Below the pieces are notes generated by a model, which saw nothing but the letters and a program-made list of their open reading frames with translations, was not told the origin of the DNA and ran no database searches. From NCBI RefSeq assembly GCF_009914755.1, contig NC_060948.1: 64,000 bases of DNA; one strand, given 5' to 3'. Made by a program: the position numbers and the translations under genes. This document shows positions 1 to 14,109 of this stretch, piece after piece (within the stretch, counting starts at the first letter, position 1; each line of letters begins with the position of its first letter). Origin of the DNA: the human T2T-CHM13v2.0 reference genome, Homo sapiens.

Positions 1-269
1 GGGGCGGTTTCCCATGGGATGTGAAAGGCTGGCCATTATTAAGTCCCTGTAACTCAAATGTCAACCCCACCGAGGCACCCCCCCGTCCCCCAGAATCTTG
101 GCTGTTTACAAATCACGTGTCCATCGAGCACGTCTGAAACCCCTGGTAGCCCCGACTTCTTTTTAATTAAAATAAGGTAAGCCCTTCAATTTGTTTCTTC
201 AATATTTCTTTCATTTGTAGGGATATTTGTTTTTCATATCAGACTAATAAAAAGAAATTAGAAACCAAG
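1..269 (+). other. CD99: 3' end of CD99 terminal exon (3' UTR) with poly(A) signal
   Basis: ATTAAA at 166-171 and AATAAA at 246-251, followed by U-rich (273-284) and GU-rich (~301-310) downstream elements. Position ~11 kb upstream of XG exon 1 fits the known CD99-XG gene order. No CD99 coding sequence is in the window, so identity rests on synteny and my recall of the mRNA end. Confidence 0.8.
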
Positions 270-476
270 TACTTTTTTTTTTTTACTTAAATATTTTGCC
301 GTGGGTGGATGTTAAAGAAGGCCGTGGTAATTTACAGGATGGGTTCCAAGTTCTCTTCTTCTGGGGCTTTAAGGCAGATTTCCAGCCTAAATGCTAGCTC
401 TTTATTTCCAAAATGTCCTTGTTGGGCTCTTTTCCTTTCCCGTGTCCTGCCACATCGGGATGGGTACTCTTCTGCA

Positions 477-642
477 CCCAGATACTCCCAGCCAGATACT
501 CTCCTCCATCCAGATACTCTGTTTCCAGATACTCTCCCTGCAGCTAGTTATCCCCTTGAGTCCAGATGCTGCCTGCTTCCAGATACTCCTCTGTATCCAG
601 ATACTCCTCTAAATCCAGGTACTCCCTACATCCAGATACTGT
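477..642. repeat. Degenerate minisatellite with core CCAGATACT(C)
   Basis: About 8-9 copies of ccagatact or near variants at roughly 14-18 bp spacing, with one longer spacer. Confidence 0.8.
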
Positions 643-973
643 ACTTCCTAAGATGTACAAGATGTACCGCATTTTCCCAACACTGAAGACTTGACCACAG
701 CTTAAGTGGGTTGGTTAAATACATTATGGCCCAGATTGCAATGGATCTTCTGCCTTGTTAAAAAGAATGAATGAGTCAAGGGTCTTTTTGTTTACTGACA
801 CTGCCTAGCATGTATTGAAGCTCAGTAAACACTTGCAGAATAAATCACAGAAAAGCCTCTCTCCTTAAGAAGTTAAGAGATTGGCTCTGATACCAACAAC
901 TACCATACTATTCCAAATACTATTATTTCAAAAATTTATAAAGTATTTTATTCTATGTTCTATTAGCCATTAA

Positions 974-1285
<312 letters not shown>

Positions 1286-1597
1286 TAAGTAACTTTTTAA
1301 TCATCATTCCCAAAATCATAGGACTTTCTTTACATAGAAGTTCCAAAATAATGAAACAAAAGACTTGTTTTACCCAGGTATTTAATGATCCAACAAGCCG
1401 TATAATTTAAACTCTATTTTTCAAGTAACCCACTTTCAATAAAATCATGTTTATTTTTATGTCCATGAGAAATTAAAATCAGTCATCTACAAAGATGGAC
1501 ATCCACCCTCCACAAAAAAATAAGTCTTGTTGACACATTTCTTGGAAGTATAGATTTATTTATAAGTAAGCCCTAATTTGACATATCTAAAAAAATA

Positions 1598-1634
<37 letters not shown>

Positions 1635-3447
1635 ATTCTTCTTTTTACTCTTCTGCTTCTTGTTTAATGAGCCATTTCTGTGGATAGTATGATTACAATG
1701 AGCCATTTGTGTGGATGGTATGATTATAATACTTACAAAAATGTCAGTGTTATTCATAGAATGACAACAGATTTAATGCATTTTTTCTTTTTTTTATTCT
1801 AAAGTTAGTCAATGTGAAGAATCTGACCTCAAAGACAATTCTTGATAATTCATTGGGGAGGACTAGAAACACCACCCTCTAACTTTATAACGTGTCATTG
1901 GTCACTCAGCAAAGCGGCCAGGCATGCTGGTTTATCCAGCTTTCAGCCCTTGAAGATTCACCAGACTAAGGATTAAGTGAAAAAGAATATCTGCCACCTA
2001 CTTCACTGAGGCGTAAACAGTCCCTATAGATCAATGAGAAAAGGACCCAACACCCGTATAAAAACAAAGGGCAATTCACATGTTTTCCAGAAATGGAACG
2101 CAGATGATTTTATGAAGATAGCCCATTTGATGTCGTTTTTCAACTAAGAGATTGGCAATAATCAGAAAGTTTGTAGGGCTCTTAGGAAACAGATCTGAGA
2201 CATCATGTAAGTCCTGGGCATTTGCGAAACTTCTATGGGGAATGGACTGACAGTGTCCTTAAACAATTAAACATGCACATCCGTGGTCGGCCCCCTCAAG
2301 GGTGGAGAGGATGAGGCATTTGTGATGTCTCAATACATCCTGGAGAATCTAGAAGGTCACCTCCACACACCTGCACCACAGGTGGCATCCTATAGGTATT
2401 TGCTAAAGGAAGCAATGAAAGGGTAAGATAAATAACCAAGAGGTGCCCGCCACTGTGTTCACCCAATTTTACATACTCCAAGTTATCACTAGTGTCAAAA
2501 TCAGAAGAAATAACTCCAATGCCAGAAAAAGCCAGCTGGCTGTGCCCTTCAATATCCTGAGAATGATGGGATGTGAAAAGGTGTCGAATCCTCAACAGCA
2601 GGGAGACTGCTTGGATGACTCCCACCCAGAACTGAAATTGAAGGCGGAGTTTCTGAGCTTAGAAAGGGGAAAGACCCAGCATTTATGACTGACTCCTTCA
2701 TCCAACCTCTTTCCCCAAATCAGACGATTTTTGACATGGGTATGGTAACACCATACGTTTGCATAGAGAGATTCATGGGAAGCCTAGCTGCTGTGACGTG
2801 CAGCAGTCAGTTTTTAACACCATCATCAGTGGCGAAATGAAACATTCCCTTGAAATCGCCTTTCTCTGGATGACTATTTAAACAGCTTCACGTTAGCCTG
2901 CCTGTGCGACTGAGGACGTACTGATGATATCCTCATTTTCCGGTGGAGGAAAGTTTATGACGTCAATCCCATTCCGAATATCAGGACTTTAAATCTCTAT
3001 GATGTTAGCACAAAATGCAAGTGGAGCCCTCTCCAAGCTTTCATAGAGCCATGTATTTTGGAAGCCTTAATGGGGAGACAGTTCTCAATGTGGAAAAGTT
3101 GTCATGTATCGCAGAGAAGAGAACAGACCACCATGCCCAGCTAATATTTGTATTTTTAGTAGAGACGGGGTTTCAACATGTTGGCCAGGATGGTCTCGAT
3201 CTGTTGACCTCGTGATCTGCTCACCTCGACCTACCAAAATGCTGGGATTTCAGGCGTGAGCCACCGCGCTGGGCCCAATACATCTCTTTTCTTAGTTGAC
3301 TTCTTTTGTATCTCTTCATAGCCTTTTCATATTTTTATATTGATTTGTATCTTTCATTTTTTATATATTTAAACTACCTACTTATGTTAATTCTGTGCCA
3401 TGGTAACTTCCTTAATTCATGATTCATATGGGCATACATACAGTCAT

Positions 3448-4050
<603 letters not shown>

Positions 4051-4394
4051 CTTTCTTAAGAACATTTGTCAGGAATGGGTATTAAATTCAATCAAGTGTT
4101 TTCTTGGGATGCATCATGCTGACTATGGTTTTCTACTTTGACCTGTTAATATGGTGAATTAAATATAATGACATATCATCGATCATCCTTCAATCCAATC
4201 TTATTTGGTGTTACACTTTAGTTTTGTTATTTTCTTTAGGATTATTGTGTCAATATTCAAAAGTCAAATTCATGTGTGTTATATGTTTGCATGTAATATA
4301 TTTCAATATTGTGCTTTCTTCATACATACATTTTGGTAGATTTTCTTCTTTCTCTTGTGGAAAATCTGATTGGCTAAAGTTTTCTGGGCATGGG

Positions 4395-4395
<1 letters not shown>

Positions 4396-4446
<51 letters not shown>
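4396..4446. repeat. (TG)n microsatellite, ~25 units
   Basis: Uninterrupted TG run. Confidence 0.98.
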
Positions 4447-4449
<3 letters not shown>

Positions 4450-4504
4450 AGAGGGGGCAAAGGGTTTTTGTTTCTTTCTGATGGAGAGAGATTTATTTAT
4501 TTAG

Positions 4505-4711
<207 letters not shown>

Positions 4712-5415
4712 TGACTTCAAGTGATCTGCCTTCCTCGGCCTCCCAAAGTGCTGGGATGACAGGCATGAGTCACTGTACCCGGCTGGGAAATGAATTTTTA
4801 AAAAAAAAACTTTATGTATTTCTACTTCTTCATTGGAAAGTCATTCGTATTTACTTAAGTTTTCAAATATCACAGTGCAGATTAGAACAAAGTAGTTGTT
4901 TATAATTCTTCCACATCCTCCAAGTGTATGGAGAAGCTCGCATTCTTCTTGTTTTGTGCTGTCATTATTTTAGTTTGTTATCTTCGTCTACTTTAGTTTT
5001 CTCAGATAATGTTTAAATTATTTGGCAAATCATTTCTCAATTTTCAATGCATTAATTTCCTCCACCTGCTTTTCTGGAGTTTCATGTGATACCCACTCTC
5101 CCCACACAGGATGACTTCTCGAGTTGAATGTTCATTCCATTTATTTTCATTCTTTCTTGCTTAATGTTGTAAACAGGCGAGGTTCTAACTTTTCATCTGT
5201 GTACTACAAGCTCTCAAGTTCTTTCATGGGGAGTTTGTATCATGGTCATTTTCTAGTATTTAGCATTTTCAGCTTTTGTTTCCTGTCAACTCAACATTAA
5301 AAGTTTTTTAAAACGTCCGGGTGATATTGTTGCTTTGTTTGCTTTCCTGGTTTCATTATCCATTTTCAATTTTGCTGCTGTGAATTTGCACCGTCTCCTT
5401 GGGGAGTGATTTGGC

Positions 5416-5867
5416 TGTATATTAGTCAGCGTTCTCTAGAGGGACATAACTAATGGAATATATATATACACACAAAGGGGAGTTTATTAAATATTAACTC
5501 ACACGATCACAAGGTCCCACAATAGGCCATCTGCAGGCTGAGGAGCAAGGAGAGCCAGTCCCAGTCCCAAAACTGAAGAACTTGGAGTCCAGTGTTTGAG
5601 GGCAGGAAGCATCCAGCACGGGACAGAGATGTAGGCTGGGAGGGTAGGCCAGTCTCTCTTTTTGCATTTTTTTGCCTGCTTTATATTCTAGCCTTGATGG
5701 CAGCTGATTAGATTATGCCCACCCAGATTAAGGGCGGGGGGCCTGCCTTTCCCAGCCCACTGACTCACATGGTAATCTCCTTCGGCAACACCCTCACAGA
5801 CACACCCAGGATCAATACTTTGTGTCAATCAATCCAATCAGGTTAACAGTCAGTATGAACCATCACA
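5416..5867 (-). mobile_element. MLT2A-type (HERV-L) solo LTR
   Basis: tgtatattagtcagcgttctctagagggac...aaccatcaca is the reverse complement of the MLT2A consensus as I recall it (TGTGATGGTT...); a second, similar copy lies at 13520. Confidence 0.85.
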
Positions 5868-6778
5868 GGCAGTGTCTACAAGCAATGAAACATGCACACA
5901 CCTTTCTACCTAATTCCTGCCCATTCCTGACCAACGCTCCTAAGAAAGGAATAGATTTGATTTTTTTCTTGATTTTATATCTTAAAAACCTGTTGTATCC
6001 ATGTCTGTATGTGTGCCAGGGTGAATCACAAAGTCAGGAAGTTAGTGTGACGCAGAATAAGAATATCTTTATTCTTTTATTTTTTATTACTTTTTATTTT
6101 GTTTTTGAGACAGAGTCTTACTCTGTCCCCCAGGCTGGAGTGCGGTGGCCTGATCTAAGCTCACTACAACCTCCACCTCTCCGGTTCAAGTGATTCTCCT
6201 GCCTCAGCCTCCCAAGTAGCTGGGATTACAGGCACATGCCACCACACCCGGCTAATTTTTGTATTTGTAGTAGAAATGTGGTTTCACCATGTTGGCCAGG
6301 CTGGTCTCAAACTCCTGACCTCAGGTGATCCATCCGCCTCGGCCTCCTAAAGTGCTGGGATCGCAGGTGTGAGCCATCATGCGTGGCCTAGAATATTCTT
6401 ATTTCCAATTTTACAGCAACAGAATGTCTTCTGTCTTGTTTCTACTTTAAAAAAACAGTTTGCTAAAGCTTTCTTTGTAGTGCAGTTGTGAATTTTCAGG
6501 AGCATCCCATGAACATTGAAAAGGAGATGCATTCACGCTTTTTAAGGTTATCGAGGATGTGAAAATTAAAGTCGGCTTTGTAAATTCTGCCATGTCTGTG
6601 AGCTCCCAGCATTTGATCAGCTGAGGCTTCGAGCGGTGAAGTAGAGTGCTTTTCCCCTAACGTGCTCTGATCTGGAGCCTGCGTGTATTACCGCTGGGCA
6701 CACGGCCTGCCCTGACCATACTTTAGTGAAGCAGAGGTGATAAAACTGGGTTTCCCAGGACTCCTGCAACACACAGCT

Positions 6779-7379
6779 TTGATGTCGGCAAACTAGAACC
6801 CGGGAGCCAAATCTGCCCACGGTGTGTTTTTGTACAGCTTTCGAGGTAAGAATTTTTTTGTATTATTGTCGTTATCGTTGTTTTGAGATGGCGTCTTACT
6901 CCGTCGCCCAGGCTGGAGTCCAGTGGCATGATCTCGGCTCACTGCAACCTCCGCCCCTGGGTTCAAGCGATTCTCCTGCCTCAGCCACCTGAGCAGCTGG
7001 GACTACAGGCATGCACCACTATGCCCGGCTACTTTTTGTATTTTCAGTAGAGACAGGGTTTCACCATGTTGGCCAGGTTGGTCTCGAACTCCTGGCCTCA
7101 AGTGATCTGCCTGCCTCTGGCTCTCAAAGTCCTGGGATTACAGACATGAGCCACGGTGCCCAGCCAAGAATGGTTTTTACATGTCTGAATAATTTTCAAA
7201 ACTCCAAAGAACAATAATATTTTGTGATGCATGAAAATTATGTGACACTCAAGTTTTTATGTTCATAAAGTCCACTTGGCGCACAGACATTGGTTACATA
7301 TTGCAGCAGAATCCATATGGTTTGCAAACATAAATGCCTTTACTATCTGACCTTCTGCAGAAAAGCTTGTCTACTCTTG
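6779..7379 (+). mobile_element. MER58B-like hAT-Charlie DNA transposon, split by an Alu (6880-7165)
   Basis: gtcggcaaact...gccaaatctgccc...tgtttttgtacag...aagaatggtttttacat...tttactatctgacc...cagaaaagcttg matches the remembered MER58B consensus. Confidence 0.7.
7328..7348 (+). promoter_or_regulatory. Candidate erythroid XG/CD99 GATA1 element (rs311103 region), non-binding C allele, plus a neighbouring reverse GATA site
   Basis: aCATAA at 7328-7333 would be AGATAA with G at 7329; CTATCT (AGATAG reversed) at 7343-7348. It lies ~3.9 kb upstream of the XG ATG, consistent with the published ~3.7 kb upstream of the TSS. Exact SNP assignment is inferred; tCATAA at 7263-7268 is an alternative. Confidence 0.5.
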
Positions 7380-8052
7380 CCTCAAGAAGCATGTAAAATA
7401 CTTACAACACTGGCACGTTAGGCATGCTGGAAATCGTAGCAATTATTTTGCACCTTCACTACATCTGAGAGGATTTCCTGAACTTAACCATTTAACCTAA
7501 CTCCTCACTACCTTTTGGGAAACATTTTTTTTATTAAGGTGAAATTCACAAATCATAGAATTAACCTTTTTTTTTTTTTTGACCCGGAGTCTCTGTCACC
7601 CAGGCTGGCGTGATCTCATCTCACTGCAACCTCTGTTTACCGGGTTCAGGCAATTCTCGTGCCTCAGCCTGCGAAGTAGTTGGGATTACAGGCAGTCACC
7701 ACCACATCTGGCTAATTTTTGTATTTTTAGTAGAGATGGGTTGCATCATGTTGGCCAGGCTGGTCTTGAACTCCTGACCTTAGGTGATCCACCCGCCTCA
7801 GCCTCCCAAAGTGCTGGGATGACAGGAGAATTCACCATTTTAAAGTGAACAATTCAGGTTGCTTGCTGCTTTCACAGTGTTTTGTGGCCACCACTTCTAC
7901 CTAGTTCCAAGATATTTTCACTGCCCCCAAAAGAAATCCCATTAGCAGCTGTTTTTTATATTGGCTTCCTGGGGCTGCCATAAAAACATGCTTCAAACTA
8001 GGTAGGGGGCTTAAAAAACAGACAGTTAAGCTGTCACAGTTCTGGAGCATAG

Positions 8053-8656
<604 letters not shown>

Positions 8657-8849
8657 TAGAATGGATTCCATGCCCCTCCCATTGCGTCCAGTGGTTTGCT
8701 GCCAATATCCCTTGGCTTGTAGGTGCATCACCCCAATCTCCCACTTCATGTTCCCAAGGCCTTCTCCCTGTGTGCATGTCAGTGTCCAGATTTCTCTCTT
8801 CTTTTAAAATACCAATCATATTGCAGTATGACCTCATCTTAACTAATGA

Positions 8850-9236
8850 TTAGGTTGGTGCAAAAGTAATTGCAGTTTTCACCTTCAAAAGTAATGGCGA
8901 GGAGCTGGGCACGCTACCTCACGCCTGTAATCTCAGCACTTCGAGAGGCCGAGGTGGGCGGATCACAAGGTCAGGAGTTCGAGACCAGCCTGGCCAACAT
9001 GGTGAAACCCCGTCTCTACTAAAAATGCAAAAATTAACCAGGTGTGGTGGTGCACGCCTGTAATTCCAGCTACTCAGGAGGCTGAGGCAGAAGAATCACT
9101 TGAACTCAGGAGGCAGAAGTTGCAGTGAGCTGACATCACGCCACTGCATTCCAGCCTGGGTGACAGAGCAAGCCTGTGTCTCAAAAAAAAAAAAAAATTA
9201 ATGGTGAAAACTGCAATTACTTTTGCACCAAAGTAA
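8850..9236. mobile_element. MADE1 (Hsmar1-derived MITE) split by an Alu, within an MLT1-like LTR remnant
   Basis: Inverted termini ttaggttggtgcaaaagtaattgcagttttc (8850) and gaaaactgcaattacttttgcaccaaagtaa (to 9236); Alu TSD aaagtaatggcg / aaattaatggtg. Confidence 0.88.
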
Positions 9237-9650
9237 TACATCTGCAAAGATCTTATCTCCAAAGAAAGTCACATTCTGAAGTACTGAAGGGTTGGGCTTC
9301 AATATATGAAGTTTGCGGGAGAAAAAATGCAACTCATAATATATCCATTCCCACGTCTTTCCAGCCCCTGGCAACCGGCAATGTGCTTTCTGTCTCTGCA
9401 GATTTGCCTGTTCTGGACATTTCAGAGAAATGGAATCCTACACAATGCGTTCTTCTGTGTCTGTTTTCTCTAACTCAGCATCCAGTTTTTGACGTCCATC
9501 CACTTTGTAGCAGATGTCACGGTGTCAGTCCTCTTTAGGGTCAGGGGACTTTGAAGGAAATATCTTTCTAAATGCATCAACTGCTTCCTGGACTCTGCCA
9601 CTCAGAGCTTAGGACTGCACAAGCTAACTGCCTTAGAGCATTTCCCCCAT

Positions 9651-9781
9651 ATGCACACACACACACACATGAACACACATGCACACGCACACATGCACAC
9701 GCACACATGCACACGCACACACGCACACACGCACGCACACACAGACAGACACGTGCACACACACACACACCTGTGTGCACA
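9651..9781. repeat. Mixed (CA/CG/TG)n alternating purine-pyrimidine tract
   Basis: cacacgcacacatgcacacgcacac... over ~130 bp. Confidence 0.92.
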
Positions 9782-10949
9782 GGAACTTAATCCATCCAAG
9801 TAACTTACCTTTATAAAGATGTTGCAGTCCAGGCGCGATGGCTCACACCTGTAATCCCAGCACTTTGGGAAGCCGAGGCAGGTGGATCACTTGAGGTCAA
9901 GAGTTCAAGACCAGCCTGGCCAATGCAGTGAAACCCTGTATCTACTAAAAATACAGAAATTAGCCGGGTGTGGTGTCGGGTGCCTGTAATCCTAGCTACT
10001 CGGGTGGCTGAGGCAGGAGAATCACTTGAACCTGAGAGGCGGAGGTTGTAGTGAGTTGAGATCACACCACTGCACTCCAGCCTGGGCAACAGAGTGAGAC
10101 TCTGTCTCAAAAAAAAAAAGGAAGATATTTCATAGAAGACAACTCCCAAACACCAGGTCAACAACATGAACAGACTTAACACTCCAGATGCTCAAATTTG
10201 CAGAGAGAAAAGTCCAAGGTTTATTTCTCCTTTTGGGTCTGTTTGCCATGAATCCTGCTTCTCTGGGAATTTAGAAGCTGCCCTCATAACTAAGACTGAT
10301 TTTCCCCTTTCTCCTGCAGTTAATCTATTTACCAGAGGACTTCAAAGCTGTTTGCAAATGGTAACTTTTTAAGTGCTTGCCTACTGCTTCATGGTAGGTA
10401 GAGTGTAAGGGTTAACCCACGAGTTGTATATGGATAAATTAGACACACTCACAGATCTGCAGGGAAGAATATAATTAAAACCATTGTGAAAGCAGGAGTC
10501 ATCATCGAACTCAGCTATCCAGTCATGTTTCTTCTCCAAGGAGATTTCAAACAGAAGATGTAAATTTTGGTAGTTACATAAAATGTCTCAGATTTAAATG
10601 AAAGACACAAAAAGCCACATGTCATCTCCTTTTCCTGAACAACCGTCTCTGCTGAAATATTAGTTCTGCCACCTACAAAGACAACTGAAGGCTGAGGATA
10701 AAAAATGCCTCTTGGAAGTCACTGAGTTTGTTAGGTATAAAAGCCAAGACTTCAACTGAGGTCTTTGCACTGATGTGTACATTAACCCCACACTGGGTAT
10801 CACTGTACAATCATGTCCTGCAGGAGGAAGATTACAGGCGGCCAGTGTCTTCTCTGGTTTCTGGGTTGGTGACTTTGAACTTGCTACAGCTCCCACACCC
10901 GCAGCGAGCAGAGTTGCCAAGCAAGTGTGCCGGCTTCCAGAAGCCTGAG

Positions 10950-11275
10950 ATGCCCATTGGTGCTTGGGAACCACCCCAGTTTCCCCATCGTCTGTGCTGC
11001 TGCAGATTGGTTGGGGCAGCCCGGGGAGGCTGGCTCCGACACACGACTGAGTGTGCCTACACTGGTCCCACAGGTTTTCAGCTGTGGAGTTTGGGATCTG
11101 AGCTTGGAGCCCATTTGTTTCTGGCAGTTCCGCTCATATTTTCCACTTGAAGACATCGCCTCCCTTCCTTCCAAGCTGGGAGACCAGAAGTCAACAACAG
11201 GAGGGTGGAGAGGCCGGGTCTCACAATCCGCTTGGCTGGGGAGTCCACTGAGGTTCTTGCATCCTGAAGCAAACC
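10950..11275 (+). promoter_or_regulatory. XG: XG proximal promoter and 5' UTR
   Basis: Directly upstream of the XG ATG (aaccATGG, good Kozak context); two inverted CCAAT boxes (ATTGG near 10956 and 11005). TSS cannot be read from sequence. Confidence 0.55.
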
Positions 11276-11336
11276 ATGGAGAGCTGGTGGGGACTTCCCT
11301 GTCTTGCGTTCCTGTGTTTTCTAATGCACGCCCGAG
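11276..11336 (+). CDS. XG: XG blood group glycoprotein exon 1 coding part (signal peptide MESWWGLPCLAFLCFLMHAR-G)
   Basis: Translation matches the XG N-terminus; ends at a canonical donor gag|gtaaga; 61 nt, phase 1. Confidence 0.96.
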
Positions 11337-12452
11337 GTAAGAGGCATTTTGCTTTGAGGGAGATCTGCCTGGGCATGGATTTTTCTATTCTTGCTTTAAG
11401 AAACTCTTTCCAAAGGAGTTGCTATGAAGTGAATGGGGATAATTTGCCCAATGGGATTAGAAAGGAGACTAAGAGCGATGGGTGGCTGAGAGGGGAGGGA
11501 GAAGACGGGCTGCTCCCATTTGGAATCTGGGAATTAGATCCAGAAGGGCAGTATGTTAGCTGATACCATCTAGATATTCGCCATATTTTCCTGTTTTGAT
11601 CCATGTGTCCCAAGCGTTTAAAAAATGACCTATTTAACTCCATGATTCAAGCATGACTGGGTGTGTGTGGAATGTCAGTCATTTCTTTCTGATTTTAAAA
11701 ATTAGTTCTGACCATTTCCATACAGTAAAAGTAGAGTTGAAACTACTTCATCCCGTGGGGCAGATTACCAGAGATTCGTTTGCCGGAAGGGTTGCATTTA
11801 TTCAGATTTTTAAATCTTTTCCTAAACACTGTCATTCATTCTTGCAAATTAAAACCACCTGAATTGTTCACATCAAAAACTTCGATATAAACTTGCAGGC
11901 TGGCTGTCCCAGATCCAAGATTAGATTTTTCAGTTCCGTACGAGGACCTCTTTAAGAAACTCCAATGAACTCATAAAGTACAGGATTTGAACAACGGTTG
12001 AGTAAGTTTCTTTGGTCATTTTCATGTGGCGATTTCAGAGAAGGGAACACCTGGGCGCATCTTAAGAGAGAGAAGTATTTCTGTTAGGAGTTAAAACACA
12101 TCATTCAGATGTCCCTGTGGCAGCATTTCCTGTTTATCCTATTTAAAGACATGGACGTCATTAAGATTGGAGTTGGTTGTTTATGGGCGGAGGCGGTGTC
12201 GGGATGGATAGATCCTGGTGGACATAGTCTAGGATCTGCAGTGAGAATTTTTTATTATTCTGTGCTGTCTTCAGATCTCACCTAGTAAGTGGACAATGTG
12301 GCCATGCATTCATTAGCTTCTGTTTACAGGGAGATGTTCAACAGTAAACCCACCTCCCCAGAAAAGTACTTCCAGGAGTTTGTATCATTCACAGTAAGAG
12401 CCAAAGGTTAACCATATCCCCTTGGGCAAATCAACTTCTACAAAGTGCGGAT

Positions 12453-13090
12453 ACAGACAGTTCCCAACTTACCATGGTTTGACATGATGGTTCAATTTAA
12501 GATTTTTCAACTTTACAACGGTGTAAAATTGGTATGCATTCAGTACAAACGAAAACTGTACTTTGAGTACCCATACAACTTTTCTTTTTTTTTTTTGAGA
12601 TGTCGTGTCGTTTCATTCTGTTGCCCACGCTGGAGTGCAGTGACACAATCTGAGCTCACTGCAACCTCCACCTCCTACGTTCAAGCAATTCTCCTGCCTC
12701 AGCATCTCAAGTAGCTGGGATTATAGGCGCCCACCACCACACCCAGCTAATTTTTCTATTTTTAGTAGAGACTGGGTTTCACCATGTTGGCCAGGCTGGT
12801 CTTGAATCTTGACCTCTGGTGATCCACCGGCCTCCCAAAGTGCTGGGATTATAAATGTGAGCCACCATGCCCGGCCCCATACAGCCATTCTGTTTTTCAC
12901 TTTCAGTACAATATTCAATAAATTATGTGAGGTATGCAACACCTCATTATAAAGTTGACTGTGTGCTAGATGATTTGTCCATCCGTTGGCTGATGAAAAG
13001 TGTTCTGAGCACTCTGAAGGCAGGTAAGGCTAAGCTATGGCGTTTGGTAGGGTAGTTGTATTAAATGCACTTACAACATAAAATATTTTC
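12453..13090. mobile_element. TcMar-Tigger MITE (MER46/MER47-like) split by an Alu
   Basis: cagacagttcccaacttaccatggtttgac... and ...gcaggtaaggctaagctatggcgtttggtaggg...gtattaaatgca; Alu TSD cccataca. Confidence 0.65.
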
Positions 13091-13266
13091 TTTTTTTTAA
13101 TGTGTTTTAATTTTTTTGAGGGAGGGGCCCACTGTGTCACCTAGACTGGAGTGCGGTGGTTCCATCATAGCTCAGTGCAGTCTTCACCCCAGGGGTTCGA
13201 ACAAACCTCCCACCTCAGCCTCCAGAGTAGCTGGGACTACAGGCATTTGCCGCTGTGCCTGACTAG

Positions 13267-13419
<153 letters not shown>

Positions 13420-13519
13420 TGACGGCAGCACTTCCTATGCACTAGGCATGGATTAACTTAGTTGATTGTCCCTCAGCCCTATGACGGGAGTGTCGTGCCT
13501 GATGTCATTTTACAGATGG

Positions 13520-13956
13520 TGTATTAGTCAGGGTTCTCTAGAGGGACAGAACTAATGCAATAGAAATATATATAGAGAGAGGAGTTTATTAAGTATTAAC
13601 TCATATGATCACAAGGTCCCACAACAGGCCGTCTGCAGGCTGAGGAGCAAGAAGAGCCAGTCCAGGTTCCAAAACTGAAGAACTTGGAGTCTGATGTTCC
13701 AGCATCCACCATGGGAGAAAGATGTAGGCCAGAAGACTAGGCCAGTGTCTCTTTTCACATTTTTCTGCCTGCTTATATTCTAGCCACAGCGGCAGCTGAT
13801 TAGATGGTGCCCACCCAAATTGAGGGTGGGTCCGCCCCTTCCAGTCCACTGACTCAAATGTTAATCTCCTTTGGCAACACCCTCACAGACACACCCAGGA
13901 TCAATACTTTGTATCCTTCAATCCAATCAAGTTGACATTCAGTATTAACCGTCACA
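13520..13956 (-). mobile_element. MLT2A-type solo LTR in XG intron 1, inserted in a MIR fragment
   Basis: tgtattagtcagggttctctagagggac...aaccgtcaca; flanks cattttacagatgg and gtaaactgaggcac are MIR core motifs. Confidence 0.85.
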
Positions 13957-14109
13957 GATATGGGTAAACTGAGGCACTGAGGATTTGGACGGGGGCAGCC
14001 GGCAGCGGAATCTGAGCTGTCCTGTAGCTCTGTCTGGGAAGACTCCAGTGAGCATCCCGCTCTATCCCAAGCCTTGTCTTCTGAAAATCAGAATCATCCC
14101 TCCTCCAAG

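Noticed and set aside
1780-3120. Unique-looking stretch with short ORFs between CD99 and XG
   Set aside because: I could not assign it to a gene or repeat family and see no supporting motif.
11337-11563. 95-aa ORF continuing from XG exon 1
   Set aside because: Reads through a canonical GTAAGA donor into intron 1; the spliced frame matches XG.
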